DNA of 64,000 nt from positions 1 to 64,000 of IMG/VR virus record IMGVR_UViG_3300020247_000002; one strand, given 5' to 3'. Under the pieces are notes generated by a model, which saw only the letters and a program-made list of their open reading frames with translations, made no database searches and was not told the DNA's origin. The DNA is from a virus. Taxonomy: Duplodnaviria > Caudoviricetes. The position numbers were made by a program, and so were the translations under genes. Of this stretch, positions 12,601 through 22,800 are shown in pieces (the first letter of the stretch is position 1; every line of letters starts with the position of its first letter).

Positions 12601-12819
12601 GCTGGTATTGGTTCTCTTTCCAAAGGTGACATCATCAGAATGGATGATGAATTGATTAAAATTAATCAAATCGGAGACACAACATTTGTACAGGCAAGAT
12701 CTGCATTGGCAAACAGTACAGTCGCTACCGATTTCTATTATGATACTAAGAGAGTTAACTCAACCGTGACTAGAAGTGACAGCACATTTGCTACTCACGA
12801 TGATAACCCTCCATATTAA
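3679..12819 (+). CDS. Giant baseplate wedge initiator (gp7-like), N-terminal part
   Basis: 3046 aa; SQIPEFI and KDFYMSKGT...FKLLYG N-terminus; HSPILGFAYDGNPIYGPYGY (YHYH-like) domain; YFQKFSYSIKS...VHPSG; follows gp6. Confidence 0.8.
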   Translation: MTDIKRVKISHLVESQIPEFINEESAMFQAFLDQYYQSQEHQSGIVDLANNLAEYRQISAFNNETLIPATALADSCFAGDSVIQVASTVGWPDTYGLLKIENEIITYKSKTATSFVDCARGFSGIDQISKDDDAEFLQFSETVATAHPAGSAVLNLSNLFLQTFFSKFKTEFLPGFENRSFISGTSVTNILTRAKDFYMSKGTDASYQILFKLLYGEDIELLKPIDRTITPSANVYFKTKHVLVENLFGGQPLESIGNFLFQDVAGIGTVSASIYNVEYRPINQVDFFELSLDATSFDGNFQVPGKTKTLEVIGAASSTIVVDSTVGFGQSGTLLVRPTKGANFLNVSYNDKTINQFLGVSGISTDLIFGADILENKLAYAYAGFGQTSIMQFRLVNVIDDADASQSTNMQIGDSLKLLSFGKDLGQQPQFNNWIYNIPSSHNISKVSQVNVNTFRINIFDSVVFYIDEVLVIKNQNGDSARITVKDIEYDATNTSKIYANTIVVQTATTIPSNPTVITKTVTKASHNSDYFPGVDDFPVGIQNSYLDKNDEFFYITSSGLPNYPIFATDNKVFTKSSPVEVVDGFGTPLLGGGFTYTLQSYDPSFTVGANTNQLLNHNYVTGDKIYWDNTTNSGISTGIYFVTAINQTDFYLSYSGSDVFAKKYIAVKTDTSGQFIYKSGWENKTLKNQKILRKYPNYKQQTLFDDKNQRQINNRPVGLLANGVELFPPTVFDEQIFHGDITEIKVTNSGKDYDVITGPPLVINDQQGTGAVAHANVSGSFREVKLVTPGIGYQEKPKITVTGGNGTGAVLESNLVRGRIVANFKADGTSVDTFDESITFQIRHNFESGEGIVYDSRGNTPIVNIVDGSTYYAGVINEKTIKLHKTPEDAKAGINTVNIGNISFGFHSLTTVQAKNTITRIYVKNSGSGYSNKKVIIQGRPTNGDVQSGISTSDDYVLAFNHNFNNGEIIEYSTEGTIASGLSTTTQYAVKVIDNNRFRLCDVGVVTQRNLTNYNKNKPTVIRGFGSGRHTFRYPPIVVNVESLSAIGSTTVIQPEFSPLVLGEVESVYLEEGGIGYGCTNIMDFHRRPDVGISTVVFNALLKPIIIDGSIVDVQILASGKGYREDSDINIFSPTGDFADIRPVITGDKITGVRVLDGGIGYDSATTTLDLQNRGKSAKFIANVREWKINQVQKNDAIISDEDSLLTKPSTNPAFQLQTIGIYPPQKLRFQLGDNIDSGNLETPNAFHSPILGFAYDGNPIYGPYGYQTPTGGAVRRLQSGYILDTTLRSGLRPPGFAFGYFTNDYLFDNSGDLDVHGGRYCVTPQYPDGTYAYFYSVDVDSSGVAKPKFPYLLGGSFKDSPIEENFTTFFNQDIDITERELTRNVAPYYLSYGNSDYELIDDVKDALKQEFEVTKTKSAGISSVTIFSRGDGYKVDDVLELDNSGTDGTGANIVIGSVLGKAVDSVQIGVTTFRETELVKTKETITGVTTVPHGIASGESVILSGISTADFTEFNGIRKVSVITRTSGLSQFLDNVTNTGVSTAIFVTDVRGFEPGDTIGIGTEIMTVTNIDTRFSRLFINRENYVGAAMTHAVGTNNIVLKPTKFSFPVGNSTVTRFTFENNTTFFNPQETVGVGSTGTHYDIPLTGLNTSAAQTIENRFVPQQRIFIKGHTFFTGQELTYNMGIGGTSIVWAKVSAGATSGIGTQVLENDSSVYAINFEQDYIGLSTTGIPTTGDAVWFYNVASNSGFAHSFRTNFPKVTTKVERFFGEVGVSSVHELLTGDIITLDALPQAAETVELRYDPVISKITTAKVGFSRSDFTDDLRSFNIGDDDFQSGDKVVYYDNGNTIGGLVHNETYFVLREDIDNIKLCKYKSDVFESNPVAITTITTPSSTNPSFIAKINPSLEFITGNIITFDVSDQSLLDMKLDFFEDLNFTQRLDVNGTNATGFNILRDGISGNVGSTVKVKTNTDWPKKTFYNLTPVVPSDARKLYGSSDMDVTGRNNITFKNVVLKTDHEIIRKDDKTFTFNLKEKPTAPQRLISRVGVSTITYSTASKNARGPIASTKINFPGKGYTVLPKVIGFASTQGRDGIVKVSSPEIGQIDIIERIKDGFDYPTDPTLLPFLSVPAIVDISGIARMDEIQVVDGGTRYNQPPTLAVRGNDKVKIAATVKGGSVDKVDIIENAFEFSEPLSVITTNNSNGYDIDAITHSGTSVTVELLLDPQFNLPVTTGFASTDVKLPFDVGDKVFVENCRIKPSSLANGEGNFNSSDYDFSFYTVTGVNTTNSTVTFDMGNAPGISTVTLGSYDDDFTLGSIVNFNDMAKFNMTIIDDAKFLSGEKVTSTRFEGFVAEGGWKGNISQLRLRDTIGTLRSGDTLVGEVSGLVGNVRDVNRFSVRTTLGVTRDKVTKNDMNVGILNDFSQRLSDNFYFQKFSYSIKSRLPYNTWKESVRSIVHPSGFLEFSDLIVESDPKDNLDTSKLPSNLIGYVDGKPYSGPYHVHTRADGTQVRMVGAAHTSTPHKLIYPYPPTMKVKAVDTKVDLILNIDNEIYMGKRSNFAMVTEDDQLPNGSVQRIFFPEGRPIKSFIMNKTNKVLNLDDISSGFNGSHDRTGTLVGSKQFSLSVGGEPVFKKSYNAAATANVDLALNIISIQNHNFQTGQTVLLDTQGGSKIGIATTSHTTGTKDIIMAAKASGVGGSAMFENGYNVQIPGPVTGTAVTENPPGSLFRIYGFGNPNGGLPGISTRGSGATFQVKFDFDQTTGQCISTAVTLTNGGSGYFVGDVVSIAGTDLGGTNPANILSFPVTKVTGTRTGVQTSYLNVPSTNNGSGSGAIFNITRDGNLDVTDIGIVSGGTGYASTNVISIAGTYIGGATPTDNIFLSPVELGTDVMPDELFIQKVDDVKFRISGLSTSLPFQFTGLGTGTHLLKVADPNKQALIMIDNIIQTPIKNKKLGVEVSDPVGPSDQGIAIGAGIGSLSKGDIIRMDDELIKINQIGDTTFVQARSALANSTVATDFYYDTKRVNSTVTRSDSTFATHDDNPPY

Positions 12820-12820
12820 C

Positions 12821-12828
12821 TATAAATA
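12821..12828 (+). promoter_or_regulatory. T4 late promoter
   Basis: Exact TATAAATA in the intergenic gap before 12850. Confidence 0.85.
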
Positions 12829-12849
12829 AAGAAAAAACGTTTTTAAGTA

Positions 12850-13872
12850 ATGTCTAAACAAGGGATTAGTACTGGTTCGGCTCCTAATGATGGGACGGGC
12901 GATACCCTATTGGCAGGGACTATTAAGATAAATGATAACTTCAACGAGATATATGATATTTTCGGAGATGGTACAAACCTTGTAAGTTTTGTTTCCTTTG
13001 CCAGCACTGCTGGGTATTCCACAAACGCTGGTATTGCATCAACGTCTGTTCTTGCTGGTCTTGCAGCGAGTGTTACAGGTAATATTGATATCAATACAAC
13101 TGGTGTTGTGACATCAAGTTATGCAGATGTTGGTAAGATTACAATTCAACAGCCTGGTGCAATCACAGATGGTCCTATTGAAGTTGGATTTGCGGCAACA
13201 ATGTTCCGTATCAAAGCAGACGGAATGGTCGGCATTGGAACATCTTTACCTACATCACAATTAGAAGTTGCATCATTCTCAGCAGAAAGACCAACTATCT
13301 GGGCAGTTGCAAAAGGTAATGGACATGGATTGCGAGTATCCGATGATGCAGTATCAGATAACAAGTCTTTTGTAGTTACTAACGAAGCATATACTGGTAT
13401 TGGTTCTACCGCTCCTAGATGTAGATTGGATGTTAGAGGTGATATTCAAGTCAGTGGTGCAAGTACCCTGATGGATCAGGTTAACTTCAACTCTGATATT
13501 ACAGAAAAAGTTGTAGGAAACTTTAGTGATCAGTTGAATGTAAGTGCAGGCGGTACGTTCACATTCGACTTAGCACAAGGAACAGTTGTTCTTGGAGGTA
13601 TAACCACATCTGTTTCTTCTTGGGCATTTACTAATGTCAATCCCGACAACAGTAAGGCAACAACAGTTACTCTAATCAATAATGCTGGAGTCGGATACAC
13701 ATACGGAGATTCCTGTACAGTGAATGGAGCATCTATTGCAAATGGTGTCAAATGGGTTGGTGGAAACCCACCGCCTGCAACGGCCAATGATGATATTCTA
13801 ACCTTTAGTATAGTGCGTGATAGCACTGGTGTTACCAGAGTCTATTGCAGCAGTTCTATTAACATTATTTGA
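12850..13872 (+). CDS. Baseplate tail-fibre connector (gp9/gp10 N-terminal domain protein)
   Basis: N-terminus MSKQGISTGSAPNDGTGDTL..G..KINDNFNEIY is the gp9/gp10 signature; VGIGT fibre repeats follow. Confidence 0.75.
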   Translation: MSKQGISTGSAPNDGTGDTLLAGTIKINDNFNEIYDIFGDGTNLVSFVSFASTAGYSTNAGIASTSVLAGLAASVTGNIDINTTGVVTSSYADVGKITIQQPGAITDGPIEVGFAATMFRIKADGMVGIGTSLPTSQLEVASFSAERPTIWAVAKGNGHGLRVSDDAVSDNKSFVVTNEAYTGIGSTAPRCRLDVRGDIQVSGASTLMDQVNFNSDITEKVVGNFSDQLNVSAGGTFTFDLAQGTVVLGGITTSVSSWAFTNVNPDNSKATTVTLINNAGVGYTYGDSCTVNGASIANGVKWVGGNPPPATANDDILTFSIVRDSTGVTRVYCSSSINII

Positions 13873-13885
13873 GGAAGACGATTAA

Positions 13886-16800
13886 ATGTCAACAAGAGTC
13901 ACGCCAGGATCAGGAGCTCTACTAAGACCGTCTTTTAACTCATTGTATGGAGTAGTCCAAGTTGAAGTTTTAGACGGTGGTACAGGATACGCTGCAACAG
14001 ATCCCCCAAAGATTACCATTGAAGGAACAACCACACCTTTAACAGAGGGTGTGTTTTTTCCTATAATTAGTGGTGTCGGAACGATATCGGAAGTTATCAT
14101 CTTCAATACTGGAGTAGGGTATTACCCAGTGTTCAGTACGTCTACACAATCTCAGGTTGTTGTAGAGAGGGGTGCTTTTGGTACTCTCTCCACTAGTCAT
14201 ACTGTTGGTACTGCATATTCTGTTTTCACTGGTGACTATAACATCATTGATGATAATATCTTCTTTACTGATGCACCATATGGTCAAGCAGGACCTATTG
14301 GATTGCAAACAAGTTCTTCTTTTGCTGGTAGATTATTCTCTAGAAAATTAGACCCATTTGATCCAGCAGATAAGAACGTAATTCTTGATGATATTGCACT
14401 AGAATTTACAGGTGTTGCAGGTACACAGTTTGACTTGTCAGAAAACCTTGGTGTAGTAACTTCTCTGTACAACAGTGTAAACACAGGTGTTGACATTAAC
14501 AACAATCCGTTTATTTTGATAAACAACGTTGTTCAAACGCCTGGTCTTGACTTTGAGATTGTTAATAATGCAGATAATAAGATTAACTTCCTGAGTGGAG
14601 TTCCTAGAGCTGGAAGAATTAATAAAGTTGGATTACAGACTGGTTCAGGATATTACTTACCCCTGAAAGCTGCAGCTAGAGTTGGTGTTGGATCAACAGG
14701 TAGTCTTCAGTTTATTCAACTAGAAGGAAAGGGACAAGGATATAGAAACCCACCTAAAGTCACTGTAAGGTCTTCACAAGGTTTTGGTGCAAGTATTACT
14801 GCACATTTGGGTACATCTGCTGGATCGGCAGTTGCCATCTCTACAGCGGATTATAACCAGTTCACAGGTGTCTGTACATTTGTTACTGGTGGTACATCTC
14901 ATGGATTTGTTGAGAATGATTTAGTTAGAATTACAGGTGCTGGATTTACATTTACTCCTGTCTCTGCACTGAGAAATATAAACACATTTGGGTATGATTA
15001 TGTAACTGGTATCGCAACTATTGGAGTATCAGGTGGCCACTATATTGGAACTGCAACTAATAGAAGTAGAAATTTACTTGTAAAAGAAGTTCAAGTTACA
15101 GATGGCATATCTACAAGTTTATTCAGAGAAGACGCATATCCTATTGTAGAAGTAATTGACAGTCTCAATGTATTAGTAGATTGCGGTGTCAGTACGATAC
15201 CACTAGCCTATGTTAGCGGAGGATTAGTGCGAGCAGGCGTTGATACCGCAATCATGGAAGGTAGAAACGTCATTGGTTTTGATGTTCTTAGTGGACACAC
15301 TACAAACACGTTCAGAGCGTTCGTTGGTGTCTCTACATTCCCACATCAATATGTCGGTGGTGGTGTTGTAAACAGAGCTGAAGCTGGAATCGTTACAAAC
15401 TTCACTATTGATAATGGTGGAACAGGATTCTTTGGTGCCAAGACTGTTGGATTCCTTGAAGGAACTCCTGTAAATGGTATTACAACTGTTACTGCATTTG
15501 GTAACAAGAGTGGAGACGAGAAGAATATAAATGCAGTCGATTATGACTTTGTTTCTGGTATCGCTACGATTACCGCAGCATCTGCTCATGGATTGACAAC
15601 TTCCAACGTTGTTAAAATAACTGGTATCGCATTTAGCACTGGAATTGGTGATATCATATTCCCTTCAAACGCAAACAGATACTTTGGTGTTGTAGGTGTA
15701 ACAAGTACACTTAATTTCCAAGTAAATATCGGTGCTGCAATGACAACCACTGGTATTCATACTGCAAATGTTGGTGCTGGTATTGGTTCATTCATACCTT
15801 ACGAAGGTCATGGATTGGAGACTGATGATTTTGTGAACGTAACTGGTATTGCGGTTACATTTGCAAGTGCTCCATCTGTTCGTGTTGGTGGTGCAGAATA
15901 TGATGAAACATCTGGTATTGCAACCATCTTTACAAGAGATAGACACAACCTTACAGAAGACGATTGTGTAATACTTTCTGGTATCGCATTTACTTGCGAT
16001 TATGACCCTGCATTGAATGTATCAATGGCTCAGTACAGTAACGTAACAGGAGTTATGACTGTTACTACTGCCGCACCTCATGGATACAAATTAGGTAAAG
16101 ATGTTATATTATCTGGTCTTGCATTTACATGTGCGTTAGACGGTGGTACTAGACAACATTACTACCCAAGAAGTAGATCCACTGCATACGATACATCTCT
16201 ACCTATTACAGGTTATGCTGGCACTGCACTTGCAATAGATGTTGGTGCTGCACCTCCTAAAGATCAATACACTCACTTATTCTCAGAAGCAATCAATGGT
16301 GCTTTAGTTTACGGTGGTGACTATGATCATACCTTTATTCGTGCAATAGATGGTGCATTACTTACTGGAGGACCTTTTGCACATTCCTTCATCGGTGCAA
16401 CTGCAACATCTACCTTTGCAGGCGGTGATTATGCACACACATATGTAAGTTCTGATGAAAAGACTATCAAGACTGGTGGAGACTATGCACACACCTTTGA
16501 TAGTGCTGTCAGCAATGCAATCCTTGTTGAAGGTGGTGGAGCGTTTACTCCTACTAATGCTGATTACGTTCCTACTACTGGTTCACTAATTGTAACTGTT
16601 GATGGTCATGGATTAACAGGACCTAGTCAACATTCACTTACAACTGCCAATTACAACCCGATTGTCGGTATCTTAACTATCACTGTTCCTAATCATGGAT
16701 TCTCAAATGGTGATCAAGTTTTAATTGCAGATAATTCTATAGGTTGGAAGTGTTCACTTGATGGATTTACTACAACCAAATATTATCCACGAACCACTGA

Positions 16801-19800
16801 TACTTTAAGCAATACTTGGGTTCCTATCAGTAACGTCTCTACAAACACATTTGAGGTCTTTGCTGGTATTACTACTAGAGTTGATTACACTGTGTCTGGG
16901 GCGGACTACACACCCTCTACAGGTATCATGACCATGAGTATTGGAACTCATGATCTAATAGCTGGACAAACCTTTAAATTCAAACCAGAATCATTAGGAT
17001 TTACTTGTGATGCTGATGGAAACAGTCTTGTAAAATACTACCCAAGATCTAAGGATCCTACTTACAACACTGCTGTTCCTATTATTAGTGTTGGTGGAAC
17101 TACAGTTACAACTCAGGTAGGTATTACTACAGAAGTCAAGTACAACATTAGATTCGCTGCATATACACCGCAGACTGGTATTATGACTGTCTCTCTTGAC
17201 AGACTTCATAACTTCCAAGTCGGGGAGGCAATCAAATTTAAGCCTGGATCTATCGTATTCAAATGTGAACAGGATGCTTTCCAAACAAATCATTTCTACC
17301 CAAGACCACAAGACCCTTACTATGAAAAAACTGTAACCTTAGTTGGTGCTGCTGGAACACTCTTCACTGTGAATGTAGGACCCACTACTTCATCACAGAT
17401 ATACGCTTTTGTTCCTAATCAGGGTGTTGCTGTAGATGCAGTTATTGCTGGTGGTGCATATCCATACAATTTGTCTGGTGTTGGTACAGATGCAATGATC
17501 ACTGGTGGTGGTGACTACACTCCATACTGGTATCAAAATTCTACTACTGGTGCAATTCAAAGACCTACTCAAAAAGTTGGTGTTGTGACTGGTGGATTAT
17601 CATTCAAGTGTGCTAAGGATAACTATGCAACTGTTCACGCATATCCTCGTCCTACAGACCCAATTCATAACATCAATGTTGGTATTGTTTCTGCCACAAC
17701 TAATACCTTTGAGATAAGAGTTGGTGTATCTACAATCAGAGAACGTGGCATCTCCACATCAGTTTACAACCCTGCAACAGGTGAGTTGACAATGACAGTG
17801 GGTGCTGGACACTCTTACATCAATCAGTCATCTCATACAATTTCGACGGCAACGTATAGTACTAGTACTGGTGTACTAGAACCAACCATCACAAATCACG
17901 GTTTTGTTGCTGGTGAATATGTCAAGTTTGACTTAGAATCAATTTCATTCAAATGTGCTCTAGATGGATACACTGCAACTAAGGCATATCCAAGATACTC
18001 TGATCCATTCTTGAACGTATGGTTACCAATTTATAACGTTGGTGTAAATACATTCTCTGTTTATGTTGGTGTTGCAACTCAAACGGCGTTCCTTGGAGGT
18101 GGAGCTCACATATTTGAATCAGCAACTGCTGGTGGTCTTAAGAAGGCAAGAAATACTGTTGGCATCAATACAGGTTCTATTGTATTCACATGTGCCAGAG
18201 ACGATCATGCTTCAGAACACGCATATCCTCGTTCTTATGATCCTATTGGTGGTAACGTCTCTGTAGGTATTGGTTCTACTTCAGCAACTACACTGACTAT
18301 CAATGTTGGTGTATCTACAATCGTAAACTACGGTATTACTACTGCTGCATATACACCTACCACAGGTATTATGACGGTGACTTCTGATGCTCATGGTTTT
18401 AACGGTTCATACGACGATAAGACCATCCAGTTTGCAACCTATGATGCTGGTAGTGGTATTATGACAGTCACCACTAACCAGGCTCACGGAATGATTACTG
18501 GTAACAGAGTCAACTTTAAGAGAGACTCTGTTAGATTCAGATGTTTGATGGACAATAGAAAATCTATCAAGAGTTATCCAAGAGCAAAAGATCCATCAGA
18601 TCAACAGTGGTTATCTGTAACTGGCATTGATGAAACTAACTTTAGTGTCAATGTAGGAACATCACCTCTTGTTTATCATGATCCTACAAGTGGTTCTTAT
18701 GATCCATTTACAGGATTGATGACTATAGATATTGGATCACATACACTTAAAAAAGGAACTGGTGTAAAACTCAAAACAAGGGGATTCAAATTCACTTGTG
18801 CCTTAGATAATCATGCGACAAATCACTTCTACCCAAGGGCAAGCGGCATATCTGGTCCAGACCCTGCTTACAATACTTCTGTTAAGATTACTTCTACAAC
18901 AGATACTACAATTACACTGGATGTAGGTAAGTCATCCAACCAAACAGAACACATCTTTGTTTCTGCTGCTACAAGTTCAGTTATTAGTGGCGGTAATTAC
19001 ATTCATACATTTGAAAATGCAGATATAGATTCACTGTTGATTGCAAGAGATACAGTTGGTCTTGCAACTGACTCCTACACATGGAGATGCGCTCAGGATA
19101 ATTATGCAACTGATCACACATATCCTAGAACCACTGATCCTATTCACGATGTAGAGGTTGGTATTGTTTCTACAACTGCCAATACATTCACAATGAATGT
19201 TGGTATCACATCAAGAGTCAAATTCAATATAACCAATGCTACTTACGATCCTAACAGTGGATTGGTAACTATGACGACTGATACATCTCATGGTTTATCT
19301 ACTACGACTGCTGTAGGTTTAGCAACGAATGGATTCGTGTACACATGTACAATGGATCAGAACTCTACTGAACATGCGTATCCTAGAACTACTGACCCTG
19401 CACACGATACATCACTGTATCCTAGTGCCGTAACTGCTAACAACGTCACTGTAAACGTTGGTGTTTCTACTAGAGTAGAGTACAACATTAACCATGCAGA
19501 CTACAATGATGTGGTAGGTATTATGACTATGTTCTTACCTACTGTTCATGGCATCACAACCGCAGCTGGTGTTCCTAGAAATGTCAAGTTAAAGAATGAG
19601 TCAATATACTTTACATGTTCTAAGGACGGATATGCAACAGCACATGTATATCCTAAAGGTGGAGATCCTTACTACAATGGTTCTCTTGTTAATAGAGTTA
19701 TTGACAATAATAATATTGAGATTCAAGTAGGACCTTCAACAACACCTAGTTTCTACAATGGTGGTGGTACAATTCAAGGTGTTATTCTTGCACCTAGACT

Positions 19801-22800
19801 TAGAAATAATTCTCCAAGTGGTGAGGACTTCGCATCAGGCGGTACATTTGTTGATAAGATTATTGACGATCATACTTACGTTGTAAATGTTGGTATCTCT
19901 ACAGTAGATCACATCTATGCAAGAGGTGGTATTTCGCAACAGGGTAAGAGAGTTGCTGCTTCTAATGAGATTGGATTCTCTGGATTTGACGTTATTGAAA
20001 AAATTGATGCTGGTAAGTTTAGAGTTAATGCTGGTCTTACAACTGAAATCGCACTCTTCAAGAGAGGTGGTAGAATTGATAAACCAGTATTCCTAGACAT
20101 CACAGAACCAGACGGATACTTCAACAGAGACCTAGAATACATTTCTGGATCAAGTGGAATTGGAACAAATGCAGTTGTTAACTTCCGTATCAATGTGGAT
20201 GGAAACATTGGTGAATTTGATCTTATTGAAGAAGGAACAGCATACAAAGTTGATGAGGTTCTAACTGTTTCTGGTATTGCAACCAACCCTAGAGTTGGTG
20301 TTCTAACTGAATTCCAATTAACAGTTCAAGAACTTGAGAATGATACATTCTCTGGATTCTATCCAGGCCAGTTCATTCTGTTTGATGATATTTCTACATT
20401 CTTCAATGGTTCTCGTACAAAGTTCACACTGTCTGTTACAACCAGTGGTGTTACTGAGATCTTAAGTCTCAAGACTCTGCCTGGTAGTGATATGGATATC
20501 ACAAATAATATCTTCATCTATATCAACGACATTCTACAGACTCCACAGTCTTCTTACACATTTAAGGGTAGTAGAGTCATCTTCTCTGAAGCACCAAAAC
20601 CAAACTCTAAGTGTTCTGTATTCTACTTCAGAGGATCTAAGAGAGACGTTGAAACTGTTGACCCAGTTGCATCTGTCAAGGCTGGTGACGTTGTTCAAAT
20701 CAAAGAGAACAAACTTAACCCTGCTGACATTGATCAGTTTGAGAGAACAGGTAAGAGAATCGTTGCTTCTGACGTTCTTGAAACATTCTCTTACGACAGT
20801 ATCGGTATTGATACTAACACCGCTGCAGAAAGACCACTTTCTTGGGAGAAACAGAGACAAGATCAAATTCTCTCTGGTGTTCTAATCTCCAAAGCAAGAC
20901 CAGGCTTGAAGAGTAAGGTTCTTCCTACAACTAGAATTATCAAGAACGTTGGGGAGTTAGATGACAGAATTTACGTCAATAATGCTTTCCCTGTATTCAA
21001 TGCGGTTGACTTGTTAGTACAATCTGAGAGAAATGTTCAGATCTTTGAAGATAATGAGATCTCTCCTGGCGTTGTTACATCTATTGTTTCTACTTCATCA
21101 AGTATATCCTCTCTAAGCATAGTTGATGGGGGAACAGGATATACATTATCAAATCCAACCGTTGCAATTTCTAGTGCATTAATTGAACGTAAAGATCCTA
21201 TCTCTGCTTGGGAGTTTGATGCGATTACTGGTATCACATCATCTATTGAGTTTAGAGCAATAACCAAACAGGATCCATATGTTGCTGTTGGTGCAAGTAG
21301 TTTCTACATGAACACTAAGAGTGGAACATTCTGGGAGAGAGGTAGAATTGGATTTGGTGGAACTATCACATTCAACGGTGTGGGAGTTGGTAACACTGCA
21401 ACTGGTGGTGTGAACGTTATGGCTGTGGGTGAGTTTGCATCCATGGCAAGAGCAGTTGCGATTGGTAACAGTATCGGTTCATGGACTCCTATCAACCTAC
21501 TAGAACAGAGACAAATACCTGCTATTGGTCAAGTTCAAACACTAGACAGTACCTACACAGGACATTTCCAAGATGTTATCTGGGAAGGAACTAGAAATAC
21601 ATGGGTTGCTGTTGGTGCTGCTGGATCTATCTTTACTGCCGTTGGTCTTACAACCGCAGATGCTTTCAGTCAATTCTCAGGAACATTACAAACTCTAAAT
21701 GCTGTTTGTTACGGTCAGTCAGAGTACATTGCCGTTGGTAATGGTGGAGTTATTATTGCATCTAATGATGGAACAGGTTGGGGAGATAAGACAAGTAATA
21801 CCGTCTTTGACTTAAATGACATCATCTATGATGGTAATAGATTTATCGTTGTGGGTGACAGTGGTACTATTGGTATTTCAACCGATAAAAACTTCTGGCA
21901 ACCTTGGAGTCAACAGTTGCCTGCTGGAACAATTAGCCCTGCAACATTTGACTTTGCTAAGATTAAATTCATTAATAATTTCTACGTTGGTATCTCCACA
22001 GTTGGTGATCTTTACTACTCCTTTGACCTTGCAAACTGGAACGCGAGACCTGTTGCTCATAGTAATGAAATTCGTGACCTTGTTCAAACACCTTATGGTG
22101 ATTTTGCAAGTACGAGAGTTATCGCTATTGGTTCTGGAACTACAAACTTCTATGCGGATCCAGTTATCAATAGGGCATCAGCAACTGCATCTGTAACTGC
22201 TGGTGTAATTACATCTATCAACATCACTGATGGTGGATTTGGTTACAGGGTTGGAAGTAGTCCACCTGTGATTGTAGAATCTGATAAAACTAAGAGAGAA
22301 GATATATTCTCTGTTGATGCGGAAGGTGATTTTGGTGACATTGTAGGAATAAATACATGGTTGCCAGGATCTGCAAATGTATTACCAAGATTGGCCTTTA
22401 CTCTTAAGTCTCAGTTCAATGATAATACTAATTTGGGTTATGGGTATTCTTCTCTTAATCAACTCGGCGTAAACTTCTCTGGATTGACTAAAGGAGACTT
22501 CTTCACTATCTACGATAGTTCATTAGTTGTTGGTCATGCACTGACTGGTATAACCACATCTAGTGGTGCAAATGAAGTTGTTGGTATGGTCACTGCTGGT
22601 GATTACCTCGGTGGTGTATTTAAAGTTGAACAAGTAACAACAGGAGATGCAGTTTCTGGATTAGTTACAGTCACCTGTGCTTTCATGCCAGGACCTACTC
22701 CTTACGGTAATAATACAATTCAAGTTGGAGTTGGTACAACTGCAACTACTGATACCTTCTGGGGTAAATATAGTTGGGGTAAATTACTTGGATATCAGAA

